DNA of 64,000 nt from the human T2T-CHM13v2.0 reference genome, Homo sapiens, in the NCBI RefSeq assembly GCF_009914755.1, contig NC_060929.1. One strand, 5' to 3'. Under the pieces are notes generated by a model. It saw only the letters and a program-made list of their open reading frames with translations, did not search any database and was not told the origin of the DNA. The position numbers and the translations under genes were made by a program. Positions 40,401-55,736 of the stretch are shown here, one piece after another; the first letter of the stretch is position 1, and the number at the start of each line of letters is the position of its first letter.

Positions 40401-42299
40401 TAAAAAATTTTTAAATTTTCCACATTTCTAATGAACTCTGGGGTTGTGCTGATGATGCTGTTTTGCAGATCACATTTTGAGTGGTAAGACTGTGGAAAAT
40501 CCTTGAGAAATCAATCCAAAATCCCCTAAATGGTACTACAATCACACCTTAATGTTAGTAAACTGAGATGTTTCTTACCTTTATTTGTAACATGGAAAAA
40601 ACAATTACTGTATATGAAGTACCATTCTAAGTTCTGTGTGTTACACAAGGGATGGCAATTTTCCCCCAAATTTGATTCACATCTTTTCATTTGGATATCT
40701 CTTGCCAAAACTCACCTTTTTTTCTCCCTAGCAAGTCTTGGGGAGCTGAATTTTAAGAGCTCTTTATTTAGCTATATGGTGGCCTCTGAAAATGATTTTG
40801 ACTGTATCTTCTGTCTCCATGTATGCCCAAGCATCACCAGGAACTTTAGGGAGTAAGGAAAAGGCAGGCCTGGTGTCAGCTGGGCTGCAGATGCCAGCTC
40901 TCCCACCAACAGGCCCAGAACCAGTTTCTTTCCTAGGTTCCTTTGTGAAGAACTTGTTGGAACTACTAATTTATCATGATGCATAAAGCTTGTTGTCATA
41001 CCCTACAGTATTATTTTCAAAACCTGAATGTTTTTGGTGACCTTTCATGTGCCACAAAATGTAAAAGCAGTCATTTTTTAAAAAGTGCTTGAAAAAGTCT
41101 AGTAAAGATTCTTCCAAGCAAGCCTCACTTTCTCCTGTTTAGATTGTTTAATCTGGAAGGAAAAAATTCTTTCTCAAATGACAGGGTTTCTGGTGCTCTG
41201 TGTTTGCCTGGTTGGCTCTGGGTCATCTGGGGATGGAGGGTCCCTGCTCTTACCTCCAGCAGCATCACTCTTGTCTCCAAAGAAGCAGCAACCTCAGGTG
41301 GGAGAATGGTTATACTCACAGCATTCTGCTTTTCATGTTTGAAAGAGGGGATGGGTGGTGGGGCATGGATGTGGGATTTTAAAAAAATATCTAAACCATA
41401 AATAAAGTATTACTGCAATCTCTTTACTGAGCTCATGGAAAAACTCAAGTCATCGAATGTTAGTTTTGCAGACTGGAGAAGTGAGGTCCAGTGAACTTGC
41501 TTGACTTGCCCTAAATCTTGCTAGAGAGAGAGCTGGAACCAGATGGCAGGGCTCCTGGCCTCTTACATACAAGGAGCATTTTTCCTAGAAACTGCAATGC
41601 AGCCAAATTCTACTGGTCTCAGGGGAAACTTGTTCTGGGAGTCAGCCTGAGCTTGAATCCCTTTGGGTTCTTCCCATTATCCTATGCCAAGCAGTCATGC
41701 TGAAACCGAGAAATGTTTTGCTTTCAATAAATGAAATGAGCATTTTCAGATAATTATTTCTGTAGTTGCTCAAAACTATCATATTGTTTCATTGAACCCT
41801 ACTATATAGAACAATGACTGGGGAGAGGTAATAATAATAATAGCAATGCATATTTATTGGCCATTTTACTTGAATTGTATCATGTAATCTAGTTTAGAGT
41901 CCTGTGAGGTAGGTTTTATTATCCTCTCTATGAGGTTGAATAACTTGCCCAAGACCACACAGCTAGGAAGTAGAAAGACTGGTATTTGAACCCATCTTCT
42001 CCTTTTCTTCTCCTTCCTCCTCCTCCTCTCTTCCAACACCTGCTCCCAAGGAAGCTCATCCAGTGCATGACTTTAGCTACCACCTGCTCGTAGTGGTGAC
42101 TCAAATCTGCATCTCCAATCCTCATACCTATCCTGAGCTCAAGACCTTTGAATATAGCTCCCTCCTGTCCATCCCTCCTGGAAATGCAGGTGGCTTGTTC
42201 ACACATAATGTGAACACAAATGGAGCACTCTCCTCACACACCCAAATGTGCACCTTCACCAGCGTGCCCAGCACAGGCATCCCTTCCTGCCAGCTATGA

Positions 42300-43350
42300 G
42301 CCTCGAGGTTAGCTCTACTGCCCCTCCCTAACCCTGCATGCCCAAGGGGTTTCCAAGTCTAATCAATGCTACCACTAAAATCTCCCATACACCTGTTCCC
42401 TCCTCTCCACTAGCTTGATCACTCCCCATGCAGGCCCTCAGTTGCTTTATGCTCTCAGTAGGCCCTCCTCCAGTGCCCACACTCTCTCCCTTCTCCTTCC
42501 CACCTTCTTTCTACCAGAGTTCTAACCTCTCCAAGCCCCGCTTGTCTTTTTCTTTCCCTGGCTGCCATCCTAACTCGCCCCTTCCCTTCTCAGACAAGCT
42601 TCTACATGCTACTCATCTCTCCATCAAACCACCATATTCGGGCTTTGGCCATCTGCTCTCCACAGCCAAGTCCCCAGTGGCCTCTCTGCTTCTGACACAG
42701 TGAAAGCCATTCAGATCTGTCTTGTTGGCAGCATTCCTCACTTTGAGCAGCGCCCTCCTACTAGGATACCCCTCCTTGACTACAACCCCACATTCTCTAC
42801 TTCCTGGGCTCTTCTGTCACTGGAGGATGACTCCCAGGTGTGAATCTTCATCCCGCGTCCCTCACTCAAGCCCCCGATCCTCATATCCAGCTTTATCCTC
42901 ATGGGATGCTTCACCAGGATGAGTCATAAGCACCTCAGACTCAGGGTGTCCCAAACCACTCATCTACCTGGCAAGCCTGCACTCTGCATGTGCCTCATTC
43001 TGAACATGGCACCATCACCTGCTGCAATGTCCAGACCACAAACACCCTACAATATCCTTGACTCTCCTTTCTCCCCTTCTCCCTGTATACAGACTCCAAA
43101 TTCTATTGAGACTATTACCTCCTACACCCCTCACATTTGCCCAGCCTTCCCCATCTCTGCCTCTACCACCATAGTTCAAGCTCTCCCATGGTCCCTTCCT
43201 GGTTACCTGTTCTTCTTGCCTCCTTAAGCCTCTCATGACACTGGCCATGTCACTTGCCTCCACCCATCACCCGCTAGGCTCTTAGCTGGAGTCTGGGCCC
43301 TGCTACCTTCCTCCCCTTCTTCCCTACCCTTGACTCCACCTCCCTGTGCT
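42300..43350 (+). repeat. ~1-kb strongly pyrimidine-skewed (C+T-rich, G-poor) low-complexity tract on the + strand
   Basis: Visible composition skew (…ctctcccttctccttcccaccttctttctaccag…cttgtctttttctttccctggctgccatcctaactcgccccttcccttctc…). It produces the P/S/L-rich artefactual ORFs at 42428–43227. Confidence 0.7.
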
Positions 43351-44445
43351 TCAGCCAACCAGATAACTTGAGTTTCGTGAATGCATGCCTCAGTTTACCT
43401 GATTAACTCATTTTCATCTTTCAGGCCTCAGAGCAGGTATCACCCTGTCAGGGCCAGGTGCCTCTTCTTAGCTCCCAAAGCCCCAGCTACTCTTCATGGA
43501 ACATCATTGGCTTGGGCTACGGATCTTCCCAAATTGGAGCTTTTTCACAAAGGGCTTAGGTCTCACTCATTCTATTAATCCATCTGTGTCTCCCCAGGGC
43601 TAGCAGTGCCAAGTAACTGACAGGTGATTAATAGATGCTTGGGTAAGTATCACCTCTTTACCATGTGACAATTTGTTTACCTGCCTTGAGCTCCTCCAGG
43701 GCAGGACTCTTGCCTTTGCAGAATCTATCTGGCAGGTACTGTTGCAGAGATGTTTACTGAAGAAGGGAATGAATTAGTACCAAGGTGAGGACCCCACCCT
43801 TCCCCACGGGCTCCAAAAGCAGCTTAGAGCCCAACAAAACCTGCCCCACATTTTTGGCGTTTCTGTGGATCACACGATTTACTCATCTGTCTTTCAATGA
43901 GCATGACAGGTGGGGTGGGGGTGGAGGGATTAGAGATTGAGGAGCTGGGGAGGGTGGTCAGCTCCTGGGGTGCAGAAACAAGTCTGATGGGCCATGGTGT
44001 TCTGGGAATCAGCACTGCCTCCCCTCACCCCTCCCTGCAGTGTTTTGTAGCCTCAAGATCAGTGAGGGAATCTTCGGGCCCCCAGCATGCAGGACCGAAG
44101 CCCCCGAGACAGCTGTCCCTCAGTCCCAAGGTCCCCATTTGGAAGCAGCCACAGGAGGCCTAAGGGACCTATACCCTTGGTTTGAGGAAGACTGTGGCGA
44201 GGGAGAGAGGGAGGGAGGGCTGGCAGTGAGGGCAAGGGCTGGGAAAACTGAGCACGGGCACAGTGCGGGAGCGGGTGGGTGCCCAGGGCAGCCAGGGGCG
44301 CACGGGTTGGGAGGCGCCAGGCGGCCCGCCCTCCTTGCACGGGCCGGCCCAGCTTCCCCGCCCCTGGCGTCCGCTCCCTCCCGCTCGCAGCTTACTTAAC
44401 CTGGCCCGGGCGGCGGAGGCGCTCTCACTTCCCTGGAGCCGCCCG

Positions 44446-44626
<181 letters not shown>

Positions 44627-47600
44627 TAAGCCGAGCCGCCTGGCCAGGGGCTGCGGAAGGTCAGGTAGTCGGGGCTCGGAGCGCAAGCCGCTGGGGGCAT
44701 TGAACTGGGCTGGGGGCGCAGGGGACAAAGCCCGAACTAAAAACCTTGCAGCGTGGAGCGCTCGGACACCAGCCCTGCACGCGGTGGAAGGAGAGAGGGA
44801 GGGAGGTGGAGGACCATGGAGGGAAAGCGGGAGGCCGCCGCTTTGTAGAAGGGAGTGGGGAAGTGGACCAGAGACCTTCGACTCAGGCCAAGAGCCTGAG
44901 ACGGACAGCGCTTTCAGCTTCTCCTCCCAGCCACTGCAGAAAGGGGGAAATGGCAACTCTTTGGCCATAATCACCGTGGGAGGGTGCCAAGGGCAAAGCC
45001 CACCCAGCAGTACACCTATTCCAACCCAGCCAGGCCCCCGGCCAGCGACTCCAGACAAGAACCTGGGCCACACACGGTGGCAGCATCTAAGGTGCCCCAG
45101 GCTCCTGTGCTCCTGGCCAGGCCCTGCACTCAGACACTGCTGGCACCCGACACTGCTCTCTGGGTACAGCAAGGGCAATGTGGCACTTCTTGTCCTGCCC
45201 GATGAAGAGCAGGAGAATGCACTGGGCCCTCACACACACTGTTCAAATGGGGAAACTGAGTCCTGAGTGGTTCCACTTTCCCACAGTCCTGAAGTGTGCA
45301 CTGGAGCCAGGATTGGAGTCTGTCTTAAAGTAATAGCTGGGTTTGTAAATGTAGGACACTATCATTGCAGGAATTCCTTTGAGACCCTGAAGATGTGTTG
45401 GCTTTAGGAGACAAACTCAAGCAGAAGGTCTGGTCTGATAGTGGCCCTAATACTGACCCAGGCAGAGGCAGGCAACATTTCTACCTCAAAAACCAGGCCA
45501 TACCTGCGTCACAAATACCCAGGCTTTGCTGCAGCTTCCAGCCTACCTGGTTGCACCAACTTCTTTTTCATAACTAGGTAAAACTATATATGAGTAGAAT
45601 CTTGTAGTGACTCCTCAGAGGAAGCCTAAATACCATCGGGGTCTGGCGTTCACACCCACAAGCAATGCCCAAACCTCCAAGAGACTGGGCAGATCTGTGC
45701 TCAAATCAAAACTCATTGTTGGGGGTGATAGAGTTGACTTCACAGGCCCTGAAAGTCTTGGCTCCTTGCACTAGGAGTGCTCTGGGTACGGGTACAGGCT
45801 GCCCCTTGTAGGGCATAGTTGCTCTTGTTTCCTCTACTTGTGGCTTTATGGTCTAGGCCTTTCAGGAGTTTGGGGCTCTGGCGGAGAGGGCCTGCTGGGA
45901 GCACATCTGGCCACCCTGCAGAGTGAAATCAAACCAGGCCTGGCTGCAACCTCAACACCCTCCTGGAAAGAGGAGAATACTGGGGATATCCTGGGGTCTT
46001 TCTGGAAGTGGGAGAATCAGCTTTGACTTGGGCAGTGTGCAGAATAGAGTGAGGGGGGATGTCAGAAAGATGAGAGGGATATGAGGCCTCAACATCAAAA
46101 TGCAAGCACCTGGCATTTTTATTATCTCTGCCCACCTCTCCGTTGGTCTCTCTGCCTTTCCTGCCAATGAATTGTGTTATGTTTGGGTGCCTCAATTTGC
46201 CTAGGAGGGTTCTATTTCTTCTGTATCTTCGCCACTAAGTCAGGAGAAGATCCTTATAGCATGCCCTGCAACAGTGTCACCTGTAAGGGCATCTCTCTGC
46301 ACAGCCACAGTGAAGGATCCTCAAAGGTATTGAGGGCTTTCCATCAAGAGCCATCTTTACAGCAAACCTCTTTCCCTTCAGAGCCCAGAAGAGTGCTGAC
46401 CAGCTGGAAAACAGGGTTTTTTTCTTAAATGCAGATGCTCTTGATTATGAGTTCCAGATATTAGATCAACTTCCCCACCATACCCCTGCAGGCAAAGCCT
46501 CTTAATTAGCTTCCTGCAGCACAGCTGGAAAGGCCTATTGTAATCTGTGATGGGCAGAGTAATCTAAGAAGTCACAGGAGCACCCCTGTCCCAGTAGAAT
46601 CTGGATGCGCAGGCACATGAACCATGGCAAAATGGTTGCAGGCACAGTTGTATTTACTCTGATCTAACTGTCCCTGTTAATGCCACAGGGCTGCCTGGCC
46701 TGGCACACAGGGCTGTGGCGCCTTGTGCAAATGGATAACGTTGTTCTAGCTCCAGCCTTTCATTCAAAGTGAAAACTGTTAGAAAGGGAAGGAAAACTTT
46801 GCTATTTTAAGGAATTGTAGCGTGCTGCCTGATATGAAGGAAGAAATAACAGCTGTGCCTTGCTTGTGCGCAGCACTCGATTGCCGCTTTTGCTTTCGAC
46901 CTCACCACAACACAGTGAGATCTACTGTTCATGTTCCCATTTTACAGGAGGTGAAACTGCAGCTTAATGAGGTAGAGAGTGACTTAGTTCAGACACAGAA
47001 TGCTGTTGGGAGAGTAATAACTATGATATGGTCTCTTGACTCCCAGCTATATCTGTGTTGCTATAGGGAAGGGGAAAAATAATACTGAAAGAGAAGTAAA
47101 AATACAATCACACTTCCAAACATCAACCACCAAAAACTGAACTGAATTTCCTGAAGCACTTGGTTTTCAAATCTAAGCTGAACATCAATGCTGTTATTCT
47201 TGAGGCCCAGAAGCAACTTGCTCATTTCAATTAAGCTTCAGCATGAACTTCCTATGTACACAGCCCACCCACACTCCCCGATGTGAGAAGGAGAGGGTCA
47301 CAGCCGCCCCCAGCCTCTGCTGCTGCCACAAGGACAGCAGCAGTGGAAATATTCAGCAAAGGAATGTTGGAGCCACATCCACAAGAGACTCACTGAAGAT
47401 TCGCCAAACGCCTACGGAAAGTGGCAGGGAATTCATTGACAGTAATTGTTTCCTGCTTGATCAGATTGAAGAGCTTCTGGGATTCTGTAACAATAAATAG
47501 GACCGGGGGCTGGAGTATGGCCAGCAAGGACTCTTCAGGGGTTATTCAGGGACTGTCTAACCTGTGAATCCTAGGCAGCAAACAGAAACCAGGTATTCAG

Positions 47601-49082
47601 AAATCTGGAGGATTTGGTCAGGCCCAGCTAGGACTAGGGAGGCATGGGCCTCTGCTGGCTGTGGTCCCTTCTCCAGCCTTCACTTCTCTTGTCCCTAGAT
47701 CCTTACATGGATTCATTAATGCTCATTGTCCCTCCTGGGCCCACTCACTTTCACCTGTTGAACAAAAAACTGGCCAAGAGGTGACAGTCATATCACCGCA
47801 GAAGAGACAGGGCAGAGAAATGAAGGGGCAGAATGGACTCCCACCCAAAAGCCTGACTCTGAATATTTGAGAATTGTTCAAGTTCCTGCAGAGGAATCAT
47901 GATGGGGACAGTAGGTGTAGTTTTTACTGCAATATTGGTGTCTTCTTAACAAATACGCTGCACATCAAGTGATGTCTGTGGATGGCATTCTTAAAGTAAC
48001 AGGGAAATTGATGTTAAAGAAATACTTCATCCTTTGGGTGATACCTGAAGTTCTCTGAGCTTGGAGGTCTTGTGAAAGCCCTCAGTATTGTTTGTTTTAT
48101 TTGCTTTCCTCTGACTTGTGATTCAGTCAGATGCATGCCTGCCTCTGGCTCAGGAAGATCAACCCTCTCCTGACTGACCACGCCTCTCCTGACTGACCAC
48201 GTAGCACAGCAGCTTCCTTTCCCTAGGGGCTCCTAATGAAGCTTTCACAATCACCTGGCCTGAGCACAGTTTGGGTCAGGACTTGGTATACTTGAAAAAA
48301 ACATGCAAAACCAAAATCCTGTGGTTCTGGAAAAGGCTTCTTAGCAGAACCCCCAGACATTTACACTCTGCTTTTTCACAGGGTCCCTGAGGATTCTTTG
48401 GATCTGGGTAGTTTGGGGAGCAGTATTTTCAACAAGTTCATTTCGTGCTCCTTCTACACCCTGCCTGGATGCTAGGCCCCATCTAGAATGTGAACAACAG
48501 AACAAGGCAGAACACTTGTCCTCAAGGTTCTGTTGAGTGTTAGATGCAGAGAAGAGACACCCCCCACCTCCCCGCATCACTTACAGGAATTCTGTTTGGA
48601 ACCCAACATCAAATAAGGACCGTATCCACTGTCAGAGGATGGGAAGCAGCATGTCATCTGGGACATTGGAGAAAGGCTCCTGGGGGAAGTGGGACTTGAG
48701 CTGTGATCTAAGTAATGAACAACTGAGAGTTAAATGGGAGAGCATCCCCTATCAGGGTCCTGAGAGCAACCAGCCATGGTTTAAACCAGCTATAAAGCCT
48801 CGGGTTTATAGGATAGACAGTAACAATGGCTTGTCTTTGGGAGCCAAGCAGCTGGTCCAGGCATGCAGAGCATGTCTGTATGGAGAGCTGCCTGAGAGAT
48901 GCTTTTGTTTACACTTATCAATTGCCCATGTCAAAGAAGGATATGTACATGAAGTTACATCAGTATGTAAGAGAGATTTTAACAATTTTTGCAGGGGAAG
49001 CTTTCATGGGGGCTGATGGGAATCTAGGTAAACAGAACCAAAGTCTAAACCCAAGATATCCCCAGTACCAAGACTGAAATGA

Positions 49083-49298
<216 letters not shown>

Positions 49299-49555
49299 TG
49301 AGTATCTGTAACCAGCCAGGAGACCAAGCTGTATGCACGCTGGCTGCAGTTCCCCAGGGCCTGGGCCAGCCTTCTAGAAGGTCAGGTTGCCTAAAAAGCC
49401 ATGAAGATGCATGTGCGAACATGTCTGGGACCTGCGTGCTAGGGAGTGGCATTTTTAGGAAGCTGGCCAATTTTGTTTTGCATTTTTAAGGCTGCTGACA
49501 AGACTTGGAGACATTTTTCAGGGCTGGTTTGGGTTTGCAAGAAACATGAAACACT

Positions 49556-49580
49556 GCGTGTGTGTGTGTGTGTGTGTGTT
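49556..49580. repeat. (GT)12 microsatellite in TGFBI intron 2
   Basis: Direct reading gives cgtgtgtgtgtgtgtgtgtgtgtgtt. Confidence 0.9.
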
Positions 49581-49789
49581 TCTCAATCCTCATAAAATAA
49601 TACAGATATGCAGTGGAGAAGCCACCAGCATGTGACTCTGGAAAAGAAAGCCCATTGGTGAATCTGTACTAAAGAATGCCATCCCTATCTTACAGTCCTA
49701 AGGTAAACACCCCAAAAAGACTTAGAGCACTAAACATATGCAGATTATGAGACAGCATAGCATATAATATTTGCACAGACTTCCTCATT

Positions 49790-49990
49790 CAAACCCTAGC
49801 TCTACCTGGGCCAGTCGATTCATCTTTAGAACCCTCCATTGCTTTACCTGAAAAGTTCGTATAACAAAAGGACCCACCTTATGGGGTTGTTACAAGGATT
49901 GAATGAAATAATGTACATAAGAGACTGAATATGGTGCCCAGCACATATCAGTGCTCAATAAATGCTAGCTACTATTATTATTATCACCCT
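49790..49990. mobile_element. MIR-like SINE in TGFBI intron 2
   Basis: …caaaccctagctctacctgggccagtcgattcatctttagaaccctccattgctttacctgaaaagttcgtataacaaaaggacccaccttatggggttgttacaaggattgaatgaaataatgtacataagagactgaatatggtgcccagcacatatcagtgctcaataaatgctagctactattattattatcaccc is a near-canonical MIR 3' half. Confidence 0.7.
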
Positions 49991-50776
49991 AGATTTGCAA
50001 ATCTAGACCACACAAGCAGAAGTAAGAGTGCCAACGGGGTGTGGACCAGTGTGGTTACAATAGGGCTTGTTGATGTCTGTTTCAGCAAGGAGGGAGGCAG
50101 CTTTTACCCCACTGCCCAGCTCCCTGGTGGAATCAGGTGCATGTTCTAACAATTCTGGGGAAACCTAATCTGTTTTGGCACTGTCAACAGATCTCAAAGC
50201 TGGCTGTCTCCTATAGCTAGGAAGATGTGTATGACAAATCTCCTGAGCCACTTGTGAAGGCCTGACCTTCCTCCTGTCTCCATACATAATGGGATGATTA
50301 AGAAACTCTAAGCCACTCTCTTAAGCACTTTTCAATGTTAGGGATTTTTAAGTTTATTGTTGTGACATTGCTTTTGAGCAGACATCTCCTCCAATTTAAT
50401 AGCCAACTGAAAGAAGAGAAAATGCTCTTTCCTTAAACTGTATGTGGAAATAAATATTCCAATGTGTGACCCTGATTATGTTAGGCAATTAGCAATCCTA
50501 ATATGAATTGAGGGAAGTTGGGATTCATGGCACAGCTGGGGAGATACCAGCAGTCCCTGGGAGCCTGTCCAGGGCAGGTCCATGGCAGCTTGCTCCATGC
50601 CTGATTGACAGCCCAGCCTGCAAGCTAAAAGTTGAGTGAGCTAGGAGGACACACTGCCAAGATTCAGCTAACAGACACCCAGCGATATTCTTGCTGCTAT
50701 GAACAAAAGGAGACTATGCAAATTATACACCACCCATTCTTCCAGGATGCCTGACTTAAAAAATAAGAAAAAAGAT

Positions 50777-51126
<350 letters not shown>

Positions 51127-53870
51127 TTATCTACTCAAATTAACAATTAATTACTTAATTAAACACAAAGCCAGGCCTCACCTAATTGCTTCTTGGAAGG
51201 TGACCAGAGTGCTAGTGCCAAGCAAACAACTCTTCTATATCTCAAGAGCCCTGGGCTTCAGAGGGCCATCTTTTTTGTTAATTCAAGTTTCTCTGAAAAT
51301 GGAGACCCGTTTATGATGACAAGCTGGCTACAGGGTAGCATCTGCCACACTGTTTCGGGGGTGCCGCTGGGCTGAAGCATTTGCCCAGCTAGTTAACAAT
51401 AGCTCGATAACATTCCCTATCAGTGTCCAGGCTGAGAATACTGTCAGTGATGAGTCGCCTTGGCTCTTGTACCTGTATCTTTGTGTGCCAGGACAAGGCA
51501 CAAGCAACAGAGCTGTGTGTTGCCAAAATGTTCCTGATGAGCAGGTCAACCCCTCGGGGGCAGGTTTGGATATGATAATGTGGTGATGTGGTGGCGCAGC
51601 TCCCTTACCCAGTGAGCACAAGGGGAGTCCTCTAGGAAAAGGAAGAAATGTCTGGATGAGGTGGGGAGATGGGGTTCAGAGTGGACTCAGGCAAAGCCCG
51701 ATGCCCAGTCCCAGCTGTTGGCCTAGTCTCACAAAGCCAGAAGGATATGACATTTACATTCAACTCTTGAATTTGTGGCCACTGCTTTGGGCAACTTCAA
51801 AGAGAGAAAATGAAGATAGAAAAATATTATTTGATATAAAACTTCTAGGACAAGAGAGGCCCTTCCTGGAACATTACATGTAGTATTAGGAAGGTGGAGC
51901 TGCCCTGGAAAAGATCCAGAGAACTCAGAGAGAGGAAGAGGTGGAACCCATCTCTGTTCTTGTAGAGAGCTCAGTAAGAGTGGCTTGGCAGGGCTCCTGT
52001 GTACCTGAGACCAAGACCAGTGAGGAGGCTACTGTCTGACCACCATACGGTCAGAATTCAGTGCCATGGGTGGTCAGGTGGGAAGGGGAGAGGACTGTGC
52101 TGGCTGGAGTTGATGTTATCCTGGGGAAAGTAGGTCCCTAGATGCCTTTAGTTGAGTGAGGAGCAGACTGGGAAATGGGAGCACAGTAGTGGTTGGGGCA
52201 AAAAGGACTGTCTCTGCATGAGGTCCATAGGCAGTTGGAATTTTCTCAGCAAGACTCCAGAGAAGGAGGCTGGAGCAGAGGTGTATGTTGGGATGAAAAG
52301 GAGTAAAGTATCATGGGGGAGGAGGCAGCTCAGGTTGTCAAGGGTCAAGAAACCAGAAGGAGAATTTCACCTTGGAAGCAGACAACGGGTACCAAGCATA
52401 CAGGGGAATACTTTGTGGTGAGAGGTCACACAGAGATACAGGAGCCGACCTGGTGAGACAGGAGCCTGGAGCCACCTGCCTGCTTTTGTGAGGCCCCAGA
52501 CTCCACTGCTATCATCAGGTGAAGCTCTGTTGCCTGCACACAAAAGCTTTTCTGCATTTACAAAGAGAGAAGGGCCTGAGTTTCTGGTGCAATGCGTCAA
52601 GCTGACATATGGACTTTATTACAGGAAGTGGTTACCAGTGGGTCCCTATTTAGTGGCTGTTATTGTGAATTTTATTGTTCGGAAATTCACTTTAGCATTT
52701 ATTTCAGATCCTAAATAGCACCGGAGTGATACAATGGCTAATCAAACAAAGAGGGCTGTGGGGAGCAGACAGTCAGCATCCCCCTCTGTGATTTCAGGCC
52801 CTGGTTTGATTAGTAGCCATAAAATTTTTTACGTGTGGCACTTTGAGCAAAGGTGCAGGAAATTGTGGTCAGGAAGCCTGGCTGCCTCTCGACAGGCTTC
52901 CTTTGTGCTAGCCCCAGGGAGAGGAGGCCTATTTAACAGCCAAGTCCAAGTTGACATCATGGGACTGGAATAGTCATAGCAGGAGCTCAGACATCATAAA
53001 CGTGGCATAGGGAGGGCTGGTGGAGGAGCTAGCGGGTATGGGTGGCAGCTATTCATTCCAAAAGTCTTGAAATTGTTTCACGAGCAACACATTTCACAAG
53101 TGCGAAGCCCTTCTCTGGAGCCAAGATGAGCTGGCAGAGCACTCCTGTTTCTCTAGTAGCAAGTGTTCCTTTGCCCAGGGGCAAAAATATTAATACTCCT
53201 TCAGCACTGCATTAATGCTTAAAGATTTAACTTTTAAAGAGATCAGCTGGTGCATGGTCGAGCTTTTCCATCAGCTGGCAGGGCTTTTTCAGTAGGTGTC
53301 CTTCTGGGCAGGGCACTGGGGACAGCTGACGTGAAGGTGAAGAAGAGCTGTCGTTTTCCTCCCTTATATCCCACAACCTTGGTCCCAAGAGGAAAAAAAA
53401 GAAGATGGTGAGAAGTCATCCAAGCAGACCCCAGACCCATACTAGTGCCTCCTTTCCTGTTTCATATCCCTGTGCAGCCAGCTGGGATCTCTTGAATAAT
53501 CTGCTCTGGGGGCACTGAGATTGGACATACACCAAACAGCGGAGATCGACCAAACGCCTCTGTTGGGCAGTGTTTCCTGAGGGTTCTGTCCCATTCTGTA
53601 AACTAGGAGGCTGACTAGCTGACAAGGAATTTTATTCTGTTGGGTATTTACATGAACCTATGTGCCACCTGGGGTAAGACCCTGTGGTAGGTAGAAACAT
53701 GACTTCCCAAAAATGTCCACATCCTAATCTCTAATTCTGTAAATATATTCCCTTACTGGAAAAAGAGACTTTGCAGGTGTGATTAAATTAAGGATCATAA
53801 GAGGGAGAGATTATCCAGGATTATTTGATGAGTCTAATATAATCATCAGGGTACTTAAAAGAGGGAGGCA

Positions 53871-54300
<430 letters not shown>

Positions 54301-55736
54301 CTACAGCCTCTGTGAGGAATGCAGCCTTTGATTTTAACCCCATAAGGCCGATTTCTGACTCTAGCCTCTGGAATTGTAAGATAATTTGCATGATCTCAAG
54401 CCACTAAATTTGTGGTAATTTGTCACAGAAAGCAATGGGAAGCCAACACAGGCCTTATTTGTTGACTTATAGATGCATTTTTCTTTATTTCAATGTACTT
54501 TTATCAATGGTCTCATGTAGGGTATTGCTTTCAATGAAGATATTAACATAGTTTCAACTTTAAGGTTTATATCTGGAGTTTCTTTAGAAGCTTCACAACT
54601 GACCACTTAGTAAACAGTAAGCATCTGTTAAGTGCTTCTCATATGTAAGTTCATTCAATTCTCACAATCACACTATAAGATAAATATGATTATTAGCCCA
54701 TTTACAGATGAGGAGACAGGCTCAAAAGACTTTTATGCAACCTGGTCAAAGTCATTCACTGGTAAGCTGAGGAGGTCTGTCCACTTCCCTTTGCTGCCCC
54801 CAGGGGGTATCAAGCCTGGCAGTTAGTGTCAGCGACTTAGGAGGTGAACAAGTGAGCAGGCCTGTAGGACCTGGCTAAACTGCCCCAGGTCTCTGTCTAC
54901 AGCCTCAAACCTGTGGCTGTGGGTCCCAGAGACAAGGCCTCCTCAGCATCAGAGAAGGATGCCTTTGTCTCAGGGTCATCAACCTTCTCCAGGTTGCTCA
55001 CCCCCTGCTGTAAAGGGGATCCCCAAGACCGCTCATCAGACAAGGAGCTTGGGAACTGAGGAGACACAGTCAGCCTCCAGGAGTGCCCAAAATGCCCTCA
55101 CATGCTGCATACAGATTGCCACAAATAAAGTACATCCACATTCTGAAGACTCTGTCCTCATCACCAACCAGGCTGGCCCCTGGTGAGGGCTGTAGTGGTT
55201 GAGGCCTTTGTTGGTAGACAGTAGGTTAAAGCAAGCCATGATTTTCTATTGGGAGGCTTCAGAATCAGCTCAGCTGTGTTTCCAAGACCAGGAGGGCAGA
55301 AAGCAAACCATCCCAGGCAAGCAGTCCATGGGCCATGTCAGATGTCTAGACGTTATGGGTCTGTGTTTGCTCTGCCATTCCTCTCGGAAACTATGATGCC
55401 CTGTATGGTTTACCTTCAGTCACAGGTGACTGGCCTACAGGGCCATTCCTTGTTCCAACGACTTCTCGAGTATAATTAATCCCCAGGCATTTACGGCCAG
55501 AGCAGCCGGCCAAATCCGTGAAGTGCAGTGGTTGTTTTAAATTATATTAACTTCTTGGAAACTTATTTTAGGGAGAGAAAACTCAGTACTTCTCTCTATC
55601 CAATCTTGAGTAAAAATGTTAGAAGGGACTGGTGGAGAGCCTCCCAGACATCCCTACACATAGACTTTGGGTTGACATTATCTCTTTGCACCTTCCTTGA
55701 AACTTTCTTCTAAATTAGGTGCCTTCCCTAATTTAG

